DNA of 64,000 nt from Candidatus Delongbacteria bacterium (GTDB lineage: Bacteria; CAIWAD01). Position numbers and translations under genes: made by a program. The stretch spans positions 2,208,001-2,272,000 of the forward strand of contig OY760505.1 in assembly GCA_963663545.1 (NCBI GenBank). The letters run 5' to 3'. How positions within the stretch are numbered: the first letter of the stretch is position 1; every line of letters starts with the position of its first letter. The notes beneath the pieces are model-generated. The model was given only the letters and a program-made list of their open reading frames with translations. It ran no database searches and had not been told where the DNA came from. This document shows positions 19,373 to 30,579 of this stretch, piece after piece.

Positions 19373-22300
19373 ATGCAGAAGGCACGCTACTTGCTCCTGT
19401 TGCTTCTCGTTACCAGTCTCACAGCACTTGCCGTCCCGCGCTATGACGCGGGAAATCCATTTCCTGCTGTGACGATTGACGAGGACAACCAGCTTGTTGT
19501 GGATGACGTACTAACGCACTTCTACAACGACGAGGAAGGCGGTCTGGTCGCGTATCAGAACGCCACATCCAACAGGCCAGGATTCAGCCTGAGCTACAAT
19601 CAGGGTGATGATCAACTGACCATCACACCGCCCGCCGATTGGAATACGGCGGAGGACAATGCTGGCAGCCCGGTGGTCATTACCATCGTGGTTACGGACA
19701 ATCCTTCTGTGCGCGCAACCGCGTCAGGTGCATTTCAGCTGACCATTTCAGCTGTGAATGATGCCCCTGAGCTGGATGAGGCTTTCGTTGCCATCACCAC
19801 AGCAGAGGACACACCCTTTACTCTCGCAGAGGCGGATCTGCTGAGCCACTTTGTGGATCAGGAAGACGACGCCCTGGAGATCACGGCGCTAAGCTTCAAT
19901 CATGGCGAAGCCGTGCTGGACGGCGGTACCTGGACCGTTACGCCGGATCTGAACTACTTCGGTGCGGGCACAGTCAGTATGACGGTTGCCGAGTCCGCTA
20001 CAGCCGAGCAGTACGAGGTCAACGCGAATATCTCGGTCACCGTGACTGCGGTCAACGACAGTCCGGTCGTCGCTGTCCCGCTTGACGACGACAATACCAA
20101 TGAAGATGTCGCTTACACCGTGTCGGCCCTGTTGGGCCATTTCTCGGATGTAGAGCAAGCCACGCTGGGATTCAGCAATGCTACTTACGATGTGGCTGGC
20201 TTCACTCACGTCTGGAACGGTACGGACCTGACCATCACGCCTCCCGCCAACTGGAACAGCGACGAAGACAACGGCGGAGCCGGTGTCAGCGTGACCATCA
20301 CTGTCAATGACGGTGTGGGCGGAACGGTGCAGGACGTTTTCGTGCTTACCGTTGACGCTGTGAACGACAACCCCGTCTACGATGGCGAGCTTGTTGACTT
20401 GAGTGTCGATGAGGACAATAGCATCAACGTGGACGAGGCCGACATTCTGGCCGAGTTCTACGACGAAGACGGCGATGCGCTGGGTGTATTTGATGTTACC
20501 ATGACCAATGGTAGCACCATGCCCGGCATCGGTCTGTGGACGCTGATTCCGGACGCAGACTTCTACGGCGACTGCACGGTTACCGTGACGGTGTCCGAGC
20601 CCTTCACTCCCGAACAGTACTCGGTCCAGGGTACCTTCACCCTGACGGTGAATCCGGTAAACGATGCTCCCGTGCTGACCACGCCCTTCACCGCGATGGA
20701 TCCGGATGAGGACGAGAACTTCACCGTTTTCAACATCCCCACCCACTTCACCGATGTTGACGGCGACGTGCTCACGGTGGTCAACGCAGAGGCCGATGGC
20801 CCCGGCTTGAACTTCACCATTTTCTCCGGCAATGTGCTGGTCGAGCCCGATCCGAACACTAATGGCGACTATGTGCTGACGCTGACCGTCAGCGATGGCG
20901 CTCTGACGGCCCAGGGTACGGTGGATGTGACCATTCTGCCCATCAACGATGCGCCCTACAACGACGTGGTCTTCGATGACGTCATCGGCACCGAAGACAT
21001 AGAATTCGTGGTTGAGGATGTAATTGGTGGCCACTTCGACGATGTGGACAACCCCGCGGATCTGATCCTCAGCGATGTCAGCGCCAACGTGGTGGGTTTC
21101 GAATTCAGCTACAGCGAAGTCGACGATGAGCTCACCGTTACACCGCCTGCCAACTACAACGGCGAGGCCGTACTGACCCTGACCATCGACGATCAGGCTT
21201 TGCGCTTAACCACTACGGCCACGATCAATGTGACTCTGGCTTCGGTCAACGACGAGCCCACCAATGCCGCCCAGATCGCGGATCGCAACATCAATGAAGA
21301 TGCCAGCGTCACTGTCAACAACCTGCTGGACTACTTTGATGATGTGGATCTAAACGATGCCACGCCCGATGAGCTGTCTCTGCTGGAAGCTGCTGTTCTG
21401 ATGGGTGATGGCACCGCCGTTCTCGGCGCGAACTCTGTCACGGTTACTCCTGCAGCGAATTTCAATGGTGTAATGACCATTGGAATCGCCGTGACTGACC
21501 TGCACGGAGGCACGCAGGGTCAGACCTTCAGTGTGAACGTCGCTGCTGTGAACGACGCACCCTATCTGTCCGGCGTATTGGCTGCCCGGGGCGTGGATGA
21601 GGACGATGTCCTCAACGTGCTCGAGGCTGACCTGCTGGCCGCTTTCAGCGATGTGGATCTGCTGGATGCTGGCAGCACCGAGGCGCTGACTGTTGTCAAC
21701 CTCAGTGGTGCGCACCTGACCCGCGTAGACAACGGCGACAACTGGGATCTGACTCCTGAGGCAGACTGGAATGGCAACATCACCGTGACGGTGACCGTGG
21801 CCGATCAGGCCGCCGTGCAGACGACGGGTACCTTCGTTCTGACCGTTATGTACATGGAGGACGCGCCGATCCTGGCTACGGCTTTCGATGACGAGCTCAT
21901 CGACGAGGACACCGGCTACTCCATCAGCCTTGCGGAGATTCTCGGTCACTTCGATGACGAGGATTTGCCCTATGGCGATCATCTTTCCGTCGACGACGTC
22001 CAATTGTCCAATCCCGACTGGGGAGTTGTGATCGGTGATCCTGTGGTAATCACACCGGACGCTGACATTGTCGCCAGTACCAACGTCACGATCATCGTCG
22101 TCGACGATTTGGGCAACGACATCTCCGACAGCTTTGATATCGACATCAATCCGATCAACGACTGTCTGGTAATGGACGGAGATGGCTATGCTGATCGCAG
22201 CATCAGCGAGGACGCCAACTGGACCGTGAATGCCACCCAGTACGTGGCCAACAATTACAGCGACATCGACGGCGACGCCCTCAGTCTGCAGTCAATCACT

Positions 22301-25300
22301 CTGGATGACGGTACCGCGGTCAACTCCGGTGGCGGCATCTGGACCGTGACCCCCGATGCCAACTACCATGGCATCATCACCGTTACCATGACCGTCACCG
22401 ACGGCACTTGCACGGTGGATGACCAGTGGCTACTGACGGTCAATTCCGTCAACGACAACCCCACCTTCACGGGCTCCTTCGCCGATGTTACCACCGACGA
22501 GGATGTGGCCTTTACGGTGGTCGATCCCACTGCACAGTTCAGTGATGTGGATGCCGAAGACGAGCTGAGCGTGACCCAGTGGACGGCCAAGGTCTTGGGC
22601 GTGACCGTACCCGGCTTCACCTTTGTGGCTTCAGGTGACGATTACATCATCACTCCGCCTGCCGATTACAATACCGATGGCGGCAATGATGTGATAATCA
22701 CCATGACGGTCGGTGATGGCACGGCTACGGTTCAGGCTGGCTTTGACCTGAGCATCGACGCGGTCAACGACTGCCCGCGCGAGAACGAGGCCAACCCGCT
22801 GAACAACCTGGTGACCAACGAGGACACCGCTGTCACCTTCACCGATGCTGGCATCCTGAGCCACTTCATCGATGTTGAAGGCGACGCCATGTTCGTGGAG
22901 TCGGTGGAGATCGAAGGCGGGTCAACCGACTACGATGGCAACACCTGGACGGTAACACCGCCTCCCGAATTCAACGGCATCATTCCCATCGTCTACCGCG
23001 TCAACGACGGTATGTGCAGCGACGAAGTCGAGCAGAACCTGGTGGTGACCTCCATCGCCGACTGCCCGGTTTACGACGGTGAGCTTGCCGACCTGAGCAC
23101 CGATGAGGATCTTCCGCTGGAAGTCTCTGAGGCCACGCTGGTAGCCGAGTTCAGCGATCCTGATGAGGACGAGCTGACGGTAGATGTTGACAACAGCTTC
23201 TGGGCCAACGGCACCATCAGCGTTGCTGGCGGCGTCGTGACCTTCGCGCCGGACGAGGACTACAACGGCACCAGCGAGGTGACATTGGCCGTGACGGATG
23301 GCCTTTGCCCCGTTACCGGTACCTTCGATCTGACGGTCGTCAGTGTCAACGACGAGCCCGTGGCGAGCGCGGCCATTGATCCCATCATCACGGCGGAGGA
23401 CACGCCCTTCGCGCTGACTGCGGCTGAGTTGATCGCCCAGTACAGTGACGTGGATGGCGATGCATTGGCCATCCATGACCTGGTCTTTGATCAGGGCAGT
23501 TACGAGCTGTTCGAGGGACTCTACACCTTCACGCCGGATCAGGATTACAACGGTGCCGCTTCCCTCTACGTGGACGTGATCGAGGTCGGCACTGCCGAGC
23601 TTTATACCGCCAACAATACCATCGCGGTAACGGTCACTCCGGTGAACGACGCACCGGTATTGGAGACGGCGTTTGAAGACGCTGCCACCGATGAAGAAGT
23701 CGCCTACACCGTAATCGATGCGGCCGACCACTTCTCTGATGTGGACCTTGACGAGCTGGAAGTGGTCGATGTGACCTTCGTGCCTGACAATGCCGATTTC
23801 GACATTGACGGCGCCAACGTGGTGATCGATCCCGATCAGGACTTCGTCGGCGACATCGTGGTCACTGTGGTCGTCTCGGACGGCAACGGCGGTAGTGAGG
23901 ACGGCAGCTTCACGTTGACGGTCAACCCCATCAATGATGCCCCAGAACTGCTGGTGCCATATGCCGCTGTGAATAGCGACGAGGATGTCGCTTTCACCGT
24001 TGCCAACCTGCTTAGCGGCCACTGGACGGACGTCGACATGGACGACCTGACGGTCAGCTTCAGCGACAACCTGCCTACCCGCGACTTCACCTTTACGTAC
24101 GACACGGATGAGGATGAGCTGTCGGTCATTCCGCCGCAGGACTACAACGGCAACGCTGTGCTGACGGTGACCGTGGATGATCGTCAGTTGCGACTGACGG
24201 CTTCCGCCAACATCAACGTGAGCATTGCGCCGGTCAACGACCTGCCCGTTTTGGTGACACCCTTCCCCGACAACCTGACCGAGGTTGAGGACCAGGACTA
24301 CGCCGCTGTGGGCAGCTACATCCTTGATCGCTATACCGATGTGGACGGCGACGAGCTGGGCATTATCAGTATCGATTTCGAGCCGGGCGACGCCGACTTT
24401 GACGGTGACGAGACCTACTACTTCCATCCCGAGCCCAACTACAATGGTGTGATCGAGGTGCTGTACGTCGTCACCGACGGTCACCCCGGTGGCCTGGTGG
24501 CTGGCAGCTACAATGTGACCTACGCCTTTGTCAATGACGCTCCGACCCTGGTGGGCGGCATCGCCGACCAGGATATTCCGGAAGACGGCCAGGTCGTTAT
24601 CAGCGAAGCTGACATTCTGGCGCAGTTCGACGATGTGGATCTGCCCTACGAGGACGAGCTGAGCATTCTTGACATCGAGATGACCCACGGCACGGTCAGC
24701 CAGGCTGGTGGCGATGTTACCTTTACGGTGGCCGCCGACTACGCCGAGACCTGTACAGTGGATATCACCATTCAGGATCTTGCCGGTGCCACCGCCAGCG
24801 ATCAGTTCATCTTTACGGTGAACCCGCTCAACAACGACGCACCCGAGCTGGTCACGGCATTCGACGACGACAGCGTTGTCGAGGGCTCGACCTGGTACAT
24901 CGAGATTGCTGAAGTGCTGAGCCACTTCGACGATATCGATGGCGACGCATTATCCCTATTAACCGTTCTTTTCGACAACACGACATTGGGCGTGGTGCCG
25001 AGCGACGGTCCTGTCCGCGAGGCTTTCACCCACGTGGCAGCCACTCCGCTGGACGAGAATTTCGTCGGTACAAGTACACTGACCTTCATTGTCATGGATC
25101 CCGAAGGCTTGACCGCCGAGGGCAGCATTGATCTGACCTGGACCGCTGTGGATGACGACCCGATCCTGGCAATCCCCTTCGATCCGATCCTGGGCGAAGA
25201 GGATGTGGAGTTCACCATTGCCGGTATCACCTCGCATTACGATGAAGTGGACGGTGAAGACCTGCAGGTCAGCAACCCCGTCGCCAGCGTGGAAGGCTTC

Positions 25301-28300
25301 AGCTTCGACCTGGAAGACGACGACCTGACGGTTACTCCGCCGGCCAACTGGTCTGGCGTTTTCGAGGTCAGCTTTACTGTGACCGATGTGGCTACCCGCG
25401 CCGCGGTGCAGGGCAGTGTGGATGTGGAGTTGGCTGCGGTCAACGATGCGCCCACCCTGGTTGAAGGTCATTGGACCGAACTGGCCATGGATGAAGACGA
25501 CACGGTGGTCTTGACCGAAGCCGACATCCTGGCCCAGTTTGAAGATGTCGAGGGCGACGCGCTCGAGGTCATGGGCATCTTCTTCCCGAACGGCAACGTT
25601 GTTGAAGGCGTGGACGACTGGACGCTGATCCTCGACGCCGACTGGGACGAGAACTTCAGCATGCGCATCGACGTCTGGGAAACCGCTACTGCCGAGCAGT
25701 ATGAAGCCAATCTGGAATTGACGGTGGTTGTCACCCCGGTCAACGATGCACCAACCCTAGAAGTTGCCTTTGACGATGTCAACATTGACGAGGACGAAGT
25801 CTTCGCGATCCTGGACATCACAACCCATTTTGACGACATCGATTCTGCCGAGCTTACGGTTTCGAACTACACTTCCAGCGTGGAAGGCTACGGCTTCGTG
25901 CTGGAAGGTGACGAGCTGACCGTGACTCCGCCCCAGGACAATGTTGATCCTGCCGTAATCACGCTGACCATTTCTGACGGTGAGCTGACGGCTCAGGGAA
26001 CATTGAACGTCACCATCAATCCGGTCAACGACGCGCCGGTGCAGGTGATTGAGGTGGCCGAGCTTACTTATGATGAGGAAGACAGCTTCTCCATCAACAA
26101 TGTGCCCGCCTACTTCGATGACGTGGACGGCGATGCCATCAGCCTTTTCGGCGCCACCCTTGAGGAGGGTACGGTTGAGCTGAACGGCAACAACGTCAAC
26201 TTCACCCTGGACGACGATTTCTTCGGCCTCACCACAGGTACGCTGACCGTGACCGACGGCGAGCTCTTTGCCACCGCCGAGTTCAGCGTCAACGTGAACA
26301 ACATCAACGATGTGCCCGTTCTGGATGCTGCCTTTAACAACGTGACCACACCGGAAGATGTGGCCTTTGTCATCGAGAACATCACGGATCACTTCACCGA
26401 TGTGGACATGGATGAGCTGGTGGTCAGCGCCTATGGTGATGATCTCGGCGATTTGTGCAGCTTCGATCTGGATGGCAATGACCTGACCATCACACCGCCG
26501 CATAACTGGAACTCGATCGCCGAAGGCACGACCATCGAGATCGACCTGACGGTCAGCGACGGCAATGGCGGAACGGCTTCCACCAGTTTTGATGTCACTG
26601 TCACGCCGGTCAACGACTGTCCGCAGCGCGATGTAGACATCATGGACTTCGCGATGGCTGAGGGAACCACCTTCACCTTGAACGATGTGCTGGACAACTT
26701 CAGTGACGCCGACGGCGACGACCTGGACTTCCAGGAGATCACCTTCAGTTGCGGTATTGCCCTGCAGGTGGGCGCCGACATTCAGCTGACGCCCGATGAA
26801 GACTTCTTTGGAACCTGTGATCTGGATATCGTGGTCACCGACGGCTTCTGCAATGCAGTTGAGAGCGTGGTGGTTACGGTAACCAACCTGGCCGACTGCC
26901 CGGTCTTCGATACCGCCTTTGACGATGTCACCGTTGACGAGGATACGCCCTTCACCGCCAGCGTGGCGGAAGTGCTGACCCACTTCAGCGATCCCGATGA
27001 GGATGTGCTGAGTCTGGCCGACGTCGACTTCGATCTGGGTACGGTTGCGATTGAGGGCGATCTGATCACCTTTACGCCGGATGAAGACCTCAACGGTCTG
27101 GGCGAAGTCTCCTACACCGTCAGTGACGGTCTCTGCCAGGTGACGGGTGCCATGAACGTCAACCTGACTCCGATCAATGACGCGCCGAAGTTCACCGGTG
27201 TGCTGGTGGAGCGCAATTACCTGGAAGACGATGTCGACGACCTAATCATTGACATCCTCAATCGCTTCACCGATCCCGAAGGCGACACCAAGATCTTCGA
27301 CACCGCCGCCATCGTTTCCGACTCCGTGGCCGTCTTCTTCGATCTGAACATCGACGACGACAACGTGGCCTTTACGGTGAACGCGGCCGGTGAAGATTAC
27401 AACGGCGTCTTCGAAATTGCCGCCACGGTCAGTGATGATCAGGGTGCCAGCCGCACCGAGACCATTGCCGTGCTGACGGTGATTCCGCAGAACGATTGCC
27501 CCGTCTATCTGGCGGATGTGGATCCCATCGAGGTCGACGAGGAAGAGACCTTCTACTTGGCCGATCCGCTGAGCCACTTCCTTGATGTGGACGGCGATGT
27601 GCTCGAGCTGACCAGCGTGCTGCTTTCCTGCGGTACCGCCACCATCATTGGTGACAGCGTTGAGTGCGTTCCCAACGAGAACTTCTCTGGTGCCGGCACC
27701 CTGACCCTGCGTGTCAGCGACGGTCATTGCGATCCGGTGCAGGCCAACATTGCGGTCACCATCAACGCGCTGAATGATGCGCCGGTGCTGGTGACGCCTT
27801 TTGCCGATGTGGAAGTGAACGAGGAGACATCCTTTACCCTCCTCAACATTCGCAGCCACTTCGACGATCCGGAAGACGACAACCTGATCGTGTCGGCCTA
27901 TGTCAGCGATCCTGTCGGTTTCGCCTTCACGTACGATGAGCTGGGTGACGACCTTAGCGTGACTCCGAGCGACGACTTCTTTGGCGAGGCCACCGTAACC
28001 GTGACCGTCAACGATCGTGCGACTCGCGCAACCACCAATGCGGTGATCAACGTGACCGTACTGAACGTCAACGACTGTCCGACTCAGATCCTCGTCTTTG
28101 ACGAGATCGAGGCCCTGGAGGACACCCCCTTCAACGTCATCGAAGTTCTGAGCTACTTCACGGATGTCGACGGCGACGATGAGCTGGCCATTCTGGATGC
28201 CTGGTTCGAGTGCGGTAGCACCGAGATTGGCGAGGACATGGTCACCTTCACGCCCGACGAGGACGTTACCGGAATGTGTGATGCTTCCATCACCATCTGG

Positions 28301-30541
28301 GATGGCACCGAGGGTTGTGAGGTCGTGGCGGCGCTTACCGTCGACATTGGTGGTTCCAACGACGCGCCGGTCATTCTGACGGACATCGATCCGCAAACGG
28401 TTGCCGAAGACAACAGCTTCAGCATGGGCTCCATCCTGAGCCACTTTGCTGATCCCGATGGCGATGAGCTCTTCGTGACACAGACGACGGCGGATGTCGA
28501 GGACTTCACGGTTGAGTATTCCGATGCCGAGGACCTACTGAGCATCGTACCGCCTGCGAACTACAATGGTACCGCGACCATCCAGATCACCGTCAGTGAT
28601 GTATCACCCGAGCGCGCCAGTGTTACACTGGACTTCGAGCTGACCGTCACGCCCATCAACGATGAGCCGGTGCTGAATGCCAGCATCGATCCGCTGACTT
28701 CCTTTGAAGATCAGCCGCTGGTCATCGCCGACGTCACCGCTTGGTTTACCGATGTGGACGGCGACGAGCTGGCCGTAAGTGCTTCCACCCTGATGCCGGA
28801 AGGCGTCGGTACTCTGGACATCGACGGCGTGAGCGCGACGTACACACCCACCGAGAATTTCACCGGTGATGTGGAGTTGAGCTTCACCGTGAGCGATGGC
28901 GAGTACACGGCCAACACCGGTACCATTATGCTGACCGTGATTCCGGTCAACGATCCGCCCTACGTGTTGAGTGAGTTGGGTTCGCTGACTTTGGTGAGCA
29001 TGAGCAGCGACAACAGCATTGATCTGGACGACTTCTTTGCTGATCCCGACGGCGACGAGCTGAGCTACAGTTACAGCTATCCCGGTTCGGAGCTGAGCAT
29101 TGACATCGACGTGAATGGTGTGGTGACCATTGCCTCCATCACTGAATGGACCGGCGAGACCGCCATTACCTTCATCGCCGACGACGGATACGAAGTGGCT
29201 CGTGTTGGTGTCGACCTGAGCGGACGCAATTCCGGTCGCGTCAACACGCAGCTTGTATCACCGCTGTTGGACAGTCGTGATACAATCAGCAGCACGCTGA
29301 CGGTCTACGTCGAGGAGCCCAGCACGTACTTCGTAAGCGGTACGGTGCAGTACTTCTTTGGTGATGTGCCCATGCAGTTGGTGACCATGAACATCAGCGG
29401 CGACGCTGAGCAGAGCATGGACACGGATGCCAGCGGTGCTTTCAGCTTCGAGCTGGATCCCGGCAACTACGTGCTTGCCGGTGCTCGCGACGAGGCCGAG
29501 TTGAACGGCGTGAGTATCACCGACGTCATCAAGATCCGTCGTCATCTGGCGAACCTTGAGCTCTTTGATTCACCCTTCAAGTATCTGGCCGCCGACGTGA
29601 ACAACAGCGGTGGTGTCAGCATTACCGACATCATCAAGATCCGTCGTTATCTGGCCGGTCTGGAAGAGCTGGAAAGCGGCGACTGGACCTTTGTACCGAG
29701 CGAGTACGAAATCAACAACGACAACTGGATGCTCGCCCCCGACGCCATGTCTTTCGAGCCGCTGATGAGCGACGTCGTCGACGCCAACTTCATCGCGGTG
29801 CGCATGGGCGATGTCAACGGAGGCTGGGCTCTTCCGGCCATGCTCCAGCGCGGCAACAGTGGCAATGCCCGGTTGCAGCTTGGCGAGCGTCGTGGCCTGA
29901 CCGGTGACGAAATCACCGTTCCGGTTCGCGTCAGCGGTGCCAGCGAGCTTGCGGGTGTTGAGTTGGGACTGAGCTGGGACGAAACTCTGTTGACCTACAC
30001 CGGCTGTGATACGGATCTGGAGAATCCGCTGATCAATGCAGGTGAGGGCCAGCTGCGCCTTGTGTGGGAAAGCATCGAGCACCTCTGTGACACAGAACAG
30101 GCCGTGTTCAATCTGCGCTTCCGTATCACGGGTGATTTGGGCAGCCAGGCCGAGCTGAACGTCGAGCGCGCAGTTATCTGCGATGTCGAGGGCAGCGAGA
30201 TCGGTCTGGTGGCGGAGAACGGCAGTGTGCTGGTCACGCCAGCCAATGGCAATCTGGGATTCGAGGCCGTTTTGGTGGAAGATTTCAACCTCTACCAGAA
30301 CTATCCGAACCCCTTCAACCCGTCGACGACCGTCAGTTTTGACGTTGCCGAAGCGGGTTTGGTGAGTGTTTCGGTTTACAACGTAGTTGGGCAGAGGGTG
30401 CTGGACCTGCTGAACGAAGAGCTGCCCATGGGACGCTACCAGTTGTCTGTCAATGCCGGTCATCTGGCGACAGGCACCTACTTGACCGTCATGCGTGCTG
30501 GCGATCACGTCTACACACGCAAGATGTTGTTAGTCAAGTAG
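19373..30541 (+). CDS. Giant (~3720 aa) surface protein: ~33 tandem cadherin-like/Ig repeats, dockerin-like, cohesin-like and C-terminal sorting domains
   Basis: GGAGGG RBS and signal peptide MQKARYLLLLLLVTSLTALA; 32 NDAP-like junctions counted by eye with (E/D)ED, F.D.DGD and TP..(D/N).NG motifs; paired NGVSITDVIKIRRHL / DVNNSGGVSITDIIKIRRYL; GDEITVPVRV...AGVELGLSWD; YQNYPNPFNPSTT. Confidence 0.9.
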   Translation: MQKARYLLLLLLVTSLTALAVPRYDAGNPFPAVTIDEDNQLVVDDVLTHFYNDEEGGLVAYQNATSNRPGFSLSYNQGDDQLTITPPADWNTAEDNAGSPVVITIVVTDNPSVRATASGAFQLTISAVNDAPELDEAFVAITTAEDTPFTLAEADLLSHFVDQEDDALEITALSFNHGEAVLDGGTWTVTPDLNYFGAGTVSMTVAESATAEQYEVNANISVTVTAVNDSPVVAVPLDDDNTNEDVAYTVSALLGHFSDVEQATLGFSNATYDVAGFTHVWNGTDLTITPPANWNSDEDNGGAGVSVTITVNDGVGGTVQDVFVLTVDAVNDNPVYDGELVDLSVDEDNSINVDEADILAEFYDEDGDALGVFDVTMTNGSTMPGIGLWTLIPDADFYGDCTVTVTVSEPFTPEQYSVQGTFTLTVNPVNDAPVLTTPFTAMDPDEDENFTVFNIPTHFTDVDGDVLTVVNAEADGPGLNFTIFSGNVLVEPDPNTNGDYVLTLTVSDGALTAQGTVDVTILPINDAPYNDVVFDDVIGTEDIEFVVEDVIGGHFDDVDNPADLILSDVSANVVGFEFSYSEVDDELTVTPPANYNGEAVLTLTIDDQALRLTTTATINVTLASVNDEPTNAAQIADRNINEDASVTVNNLLDYFDDVDLNDATPDELSLLEAAVLMGDGTAVLGANSVTVTPAANFNGVMTIGIAVTDLHGGTQGQTFSVNVAAVNDAPYLSGVLAARGVDEDDVLNVLEADLLAAFSDVDLLDAGSTEALTVVNLSGAHLTRVDNGDNWDLTPEADWNGNITVTVTVADQAAVQTTGTFVLTVMYMEDAPILATAFDDELIDEDTGYSISLAEILGHFDDEDLPYGDHLSVDDVQLSNPDWGVVIGDPVVITPDADIVASTNVTIIVVDDLGNDISDSFDIDINPINDCLVMDGDGYADRSISEDANWTVNATQYVANNYSDIDGDALSLQSITLDDGTAVNSGGGIWTVTPDANYHGIITVTMTVTDGTCTVDDQWLLTVNSVNDNPTFTGSFADVTTDEDVAFTVVDPTAQFSDVDAEDELSVTQWTAKVLGVTVPGFTFVASGDDYIITPPADYNTDGGNDVIITMTVGDGTATVQAGFDLSIDAVNDCPRENEANPLNNLVTNEDTAVTFTDAGILSHFIDVEGDAMFVESVEIEGGSTDYDGNTWTVTPPPEFNGIIPIVYRVNDGMCSDEVEQNLVVTSIADCPVYDGELADLSTDEDLPLEVSEATLVAEFSDPDEDELTVDVDNSFWANGTISVAGGVVTFAPDEDYNGTSEVTLAVTDGLCPVTGTFDLTVVSVNDEPVASAAIDPIITAEDTPFALTAAELIAQYSDVDGDALAIHDLVFDQGSYELFEGLYTFTPDQDYNGAASLYVDVIEVGTAELYTANNTIAVTVTPVNDAPVLETAFEDAATDEEVAYTVIDAADHFSDVDLDELEVVDVTFVPDNADFDIDGANVVIDPDQDFVGDIVVTVVVSDGNGGSEDGSFTLTVNPINDAPELLVPYAAVNSDEDVAFTVANLLSGHWTDVDMDDLTVSFSDNLPTRDFTFTYDTDEDELSVIPPQDYNGNAVLTVTVDDRQLRLTASANINVSIAPVNDLPVLVTPFPDNLTEVEDQDYAAVGSYILDRYTDVDGDELGIISIDFEPGDADFDGDETYYFHPEPNYNGVIEVLYVVTDGHPGGLVAGSYNVTYAFVNDAPTLVGGIADQDIPEDGQVVISEADILAQFDDVDLPYEDELSILDIEMTHGTVSQAGGDVTFTVAADYAETCTVDITIQDLAGATASDQFIFTVNPLNNDAPELVTAFDDDSVVEGSTWYIEIAEVLSHFDDIDGDALSLLTVLFDNTTLGVVPSDGPVREAFTHVAATPLDENFVGTSTLTFIVMDPEGLTAEGSIDLTWTAVDDDPILAIPFDPILGEEDVEFTIAGITSHYDEVDGEDLQVSNPVASVEGFSFDLEDDDLTVTPPANWSGVFEVSFTVTDVATRAAVQGSVDVELAAVNDAPTLVEGHWTELAMDEDDTVVLTEADILAQFEDVEGDALEVMGIFFPNGNVVEGVDDWTLILDADWDENFSMRIDVWETATAEQYEANLELTVVVTPVNDAPTLEVAFDDVNIDEDEVFAILDITTHFDDIDSAELTVSNYTSSVEGYGFVLEGDELTVTPPQDNVDPAVITLTISDGELTAQGTLNVTINPVNDAPVQVIEVAELTYDEEDSFSINNVPAYFDDVDGDAISLFGATLEEGTVELNGNNVNFTLDDDFFGLTTGTLTVTDGELFATAEFSVNVNNINDVPVLDAAFNNVTTPEDVAFVIENITDHFTDVDMDELVVSAYGDDLGDLCSFDLDGNDLTITPPHNWNSIAEGTTIEIDLTVSDGNGGTASTSFDVTVTPVNDCPQRDVDIMDFAMAEGTTFTLNDVLDNFSDADGDDLDFQEITFSCGIALQVGADIQLTPDEDFFGTCDLDIVVTDGFCNAVESVVVTVTNLADCPVFDTAFDDVTVDEDTPFTASVAEVLTHFSDPDEDVLSLADVDFDLGTVAIEGDLITFTPDEDLNGLGEVSYTVSDGLCQVTGAMNVNLTPINDAPKFTGVLVERNYLEDDVDDLIIDILNRFTDPEGDTKIFDTAAIVSDSVAVFFDLNIDDDNVAFTVNAAGEDYNGVFEIAATVSDDQGASRTETIAVLTVIPQNDCPVYLADVDPIEVDEEETFYLADPLSHFLDVDGDVLELTSVLLSCGTATIIGDSVECVPNENFSGAGTLTLRVSDGHCDPVQANIAVTINALNDAPVLVTPFADVEVNEETSFTLLNIRSHFDDPEDDNLIVSAYVSDPVGFAFTYDELGDDLSVTPSDDFFGEATVTVTVNDRATRATTNAVINVTVLNVNDCPTQILVFDEIEALEDTPFNVIEVLSYFTDVDGDDELAILDAWFECGSTEIGEDMVTFTPDEDVTGMCDASITIWDGTEGCEVVAALTVDIGGSNDAPVILTDIDPQTVAEDNSFSMGSILSHFADPDGDELFVTQTTADVEDFTVEYSDAEDLLSIVPPANYNGTATIQITVSDVSPERASVTLDFELTVTPINDEPVLNASIDPLTSFEDQPLVIADVTAWFTDVDGDELAVSASTLMPEGVGTLDIDGVSATYTPTENFTGDVELSFTVSDGEYTANTGTIMLTVIPVNDPPYVLSELGSLTLVSMSSDNSIDLDDFFADPDGDELSYSYSYPGSELSIDIDVNGVVTIASITEWTGETAITFIADDGYEVARVGVDLSGRNSGRVNTQLVSPLLDSRDTISSTLTVYVEEPSTYFVSGTVQYFFGDVPMQLVTMNISGDAEQSMDTDASGAFSFELDPGNYVLAGARDEAELNGVSITDVIKIRRHLANLELFDSPFKYLAADVNNSGGVSITDIIKIRRYLAGLEELESGDWTFVPSEYEINNDNWMLAPDAMSFEPLMSDVVDANFIAVRMGDVNGGWALPAMLQRGNSGNARLQLGERRGLTGDEITVPVRVSGASELAGVELGLSWDETLLTYTGCDTDLENPLINAGEGQLRLVWESIEHLCDTEQAVFNLRFRITGDLGSQAELNVERAVICDVEGSEIGLVAENGSVLVTPANGNLGFEAVLVEDFNLYQNYPNPFNPSTTVSFDVAEAGLVSVSVYNVVGQRVLDLLNEELPMGRYQLSVNAGHLATGTYLTVMRAGDHVYTRKMLLVK

Positions 30542-30579
30542 GGTAGGACAGCAGGAACCAGTTAGTGTCGAGGTGTATC

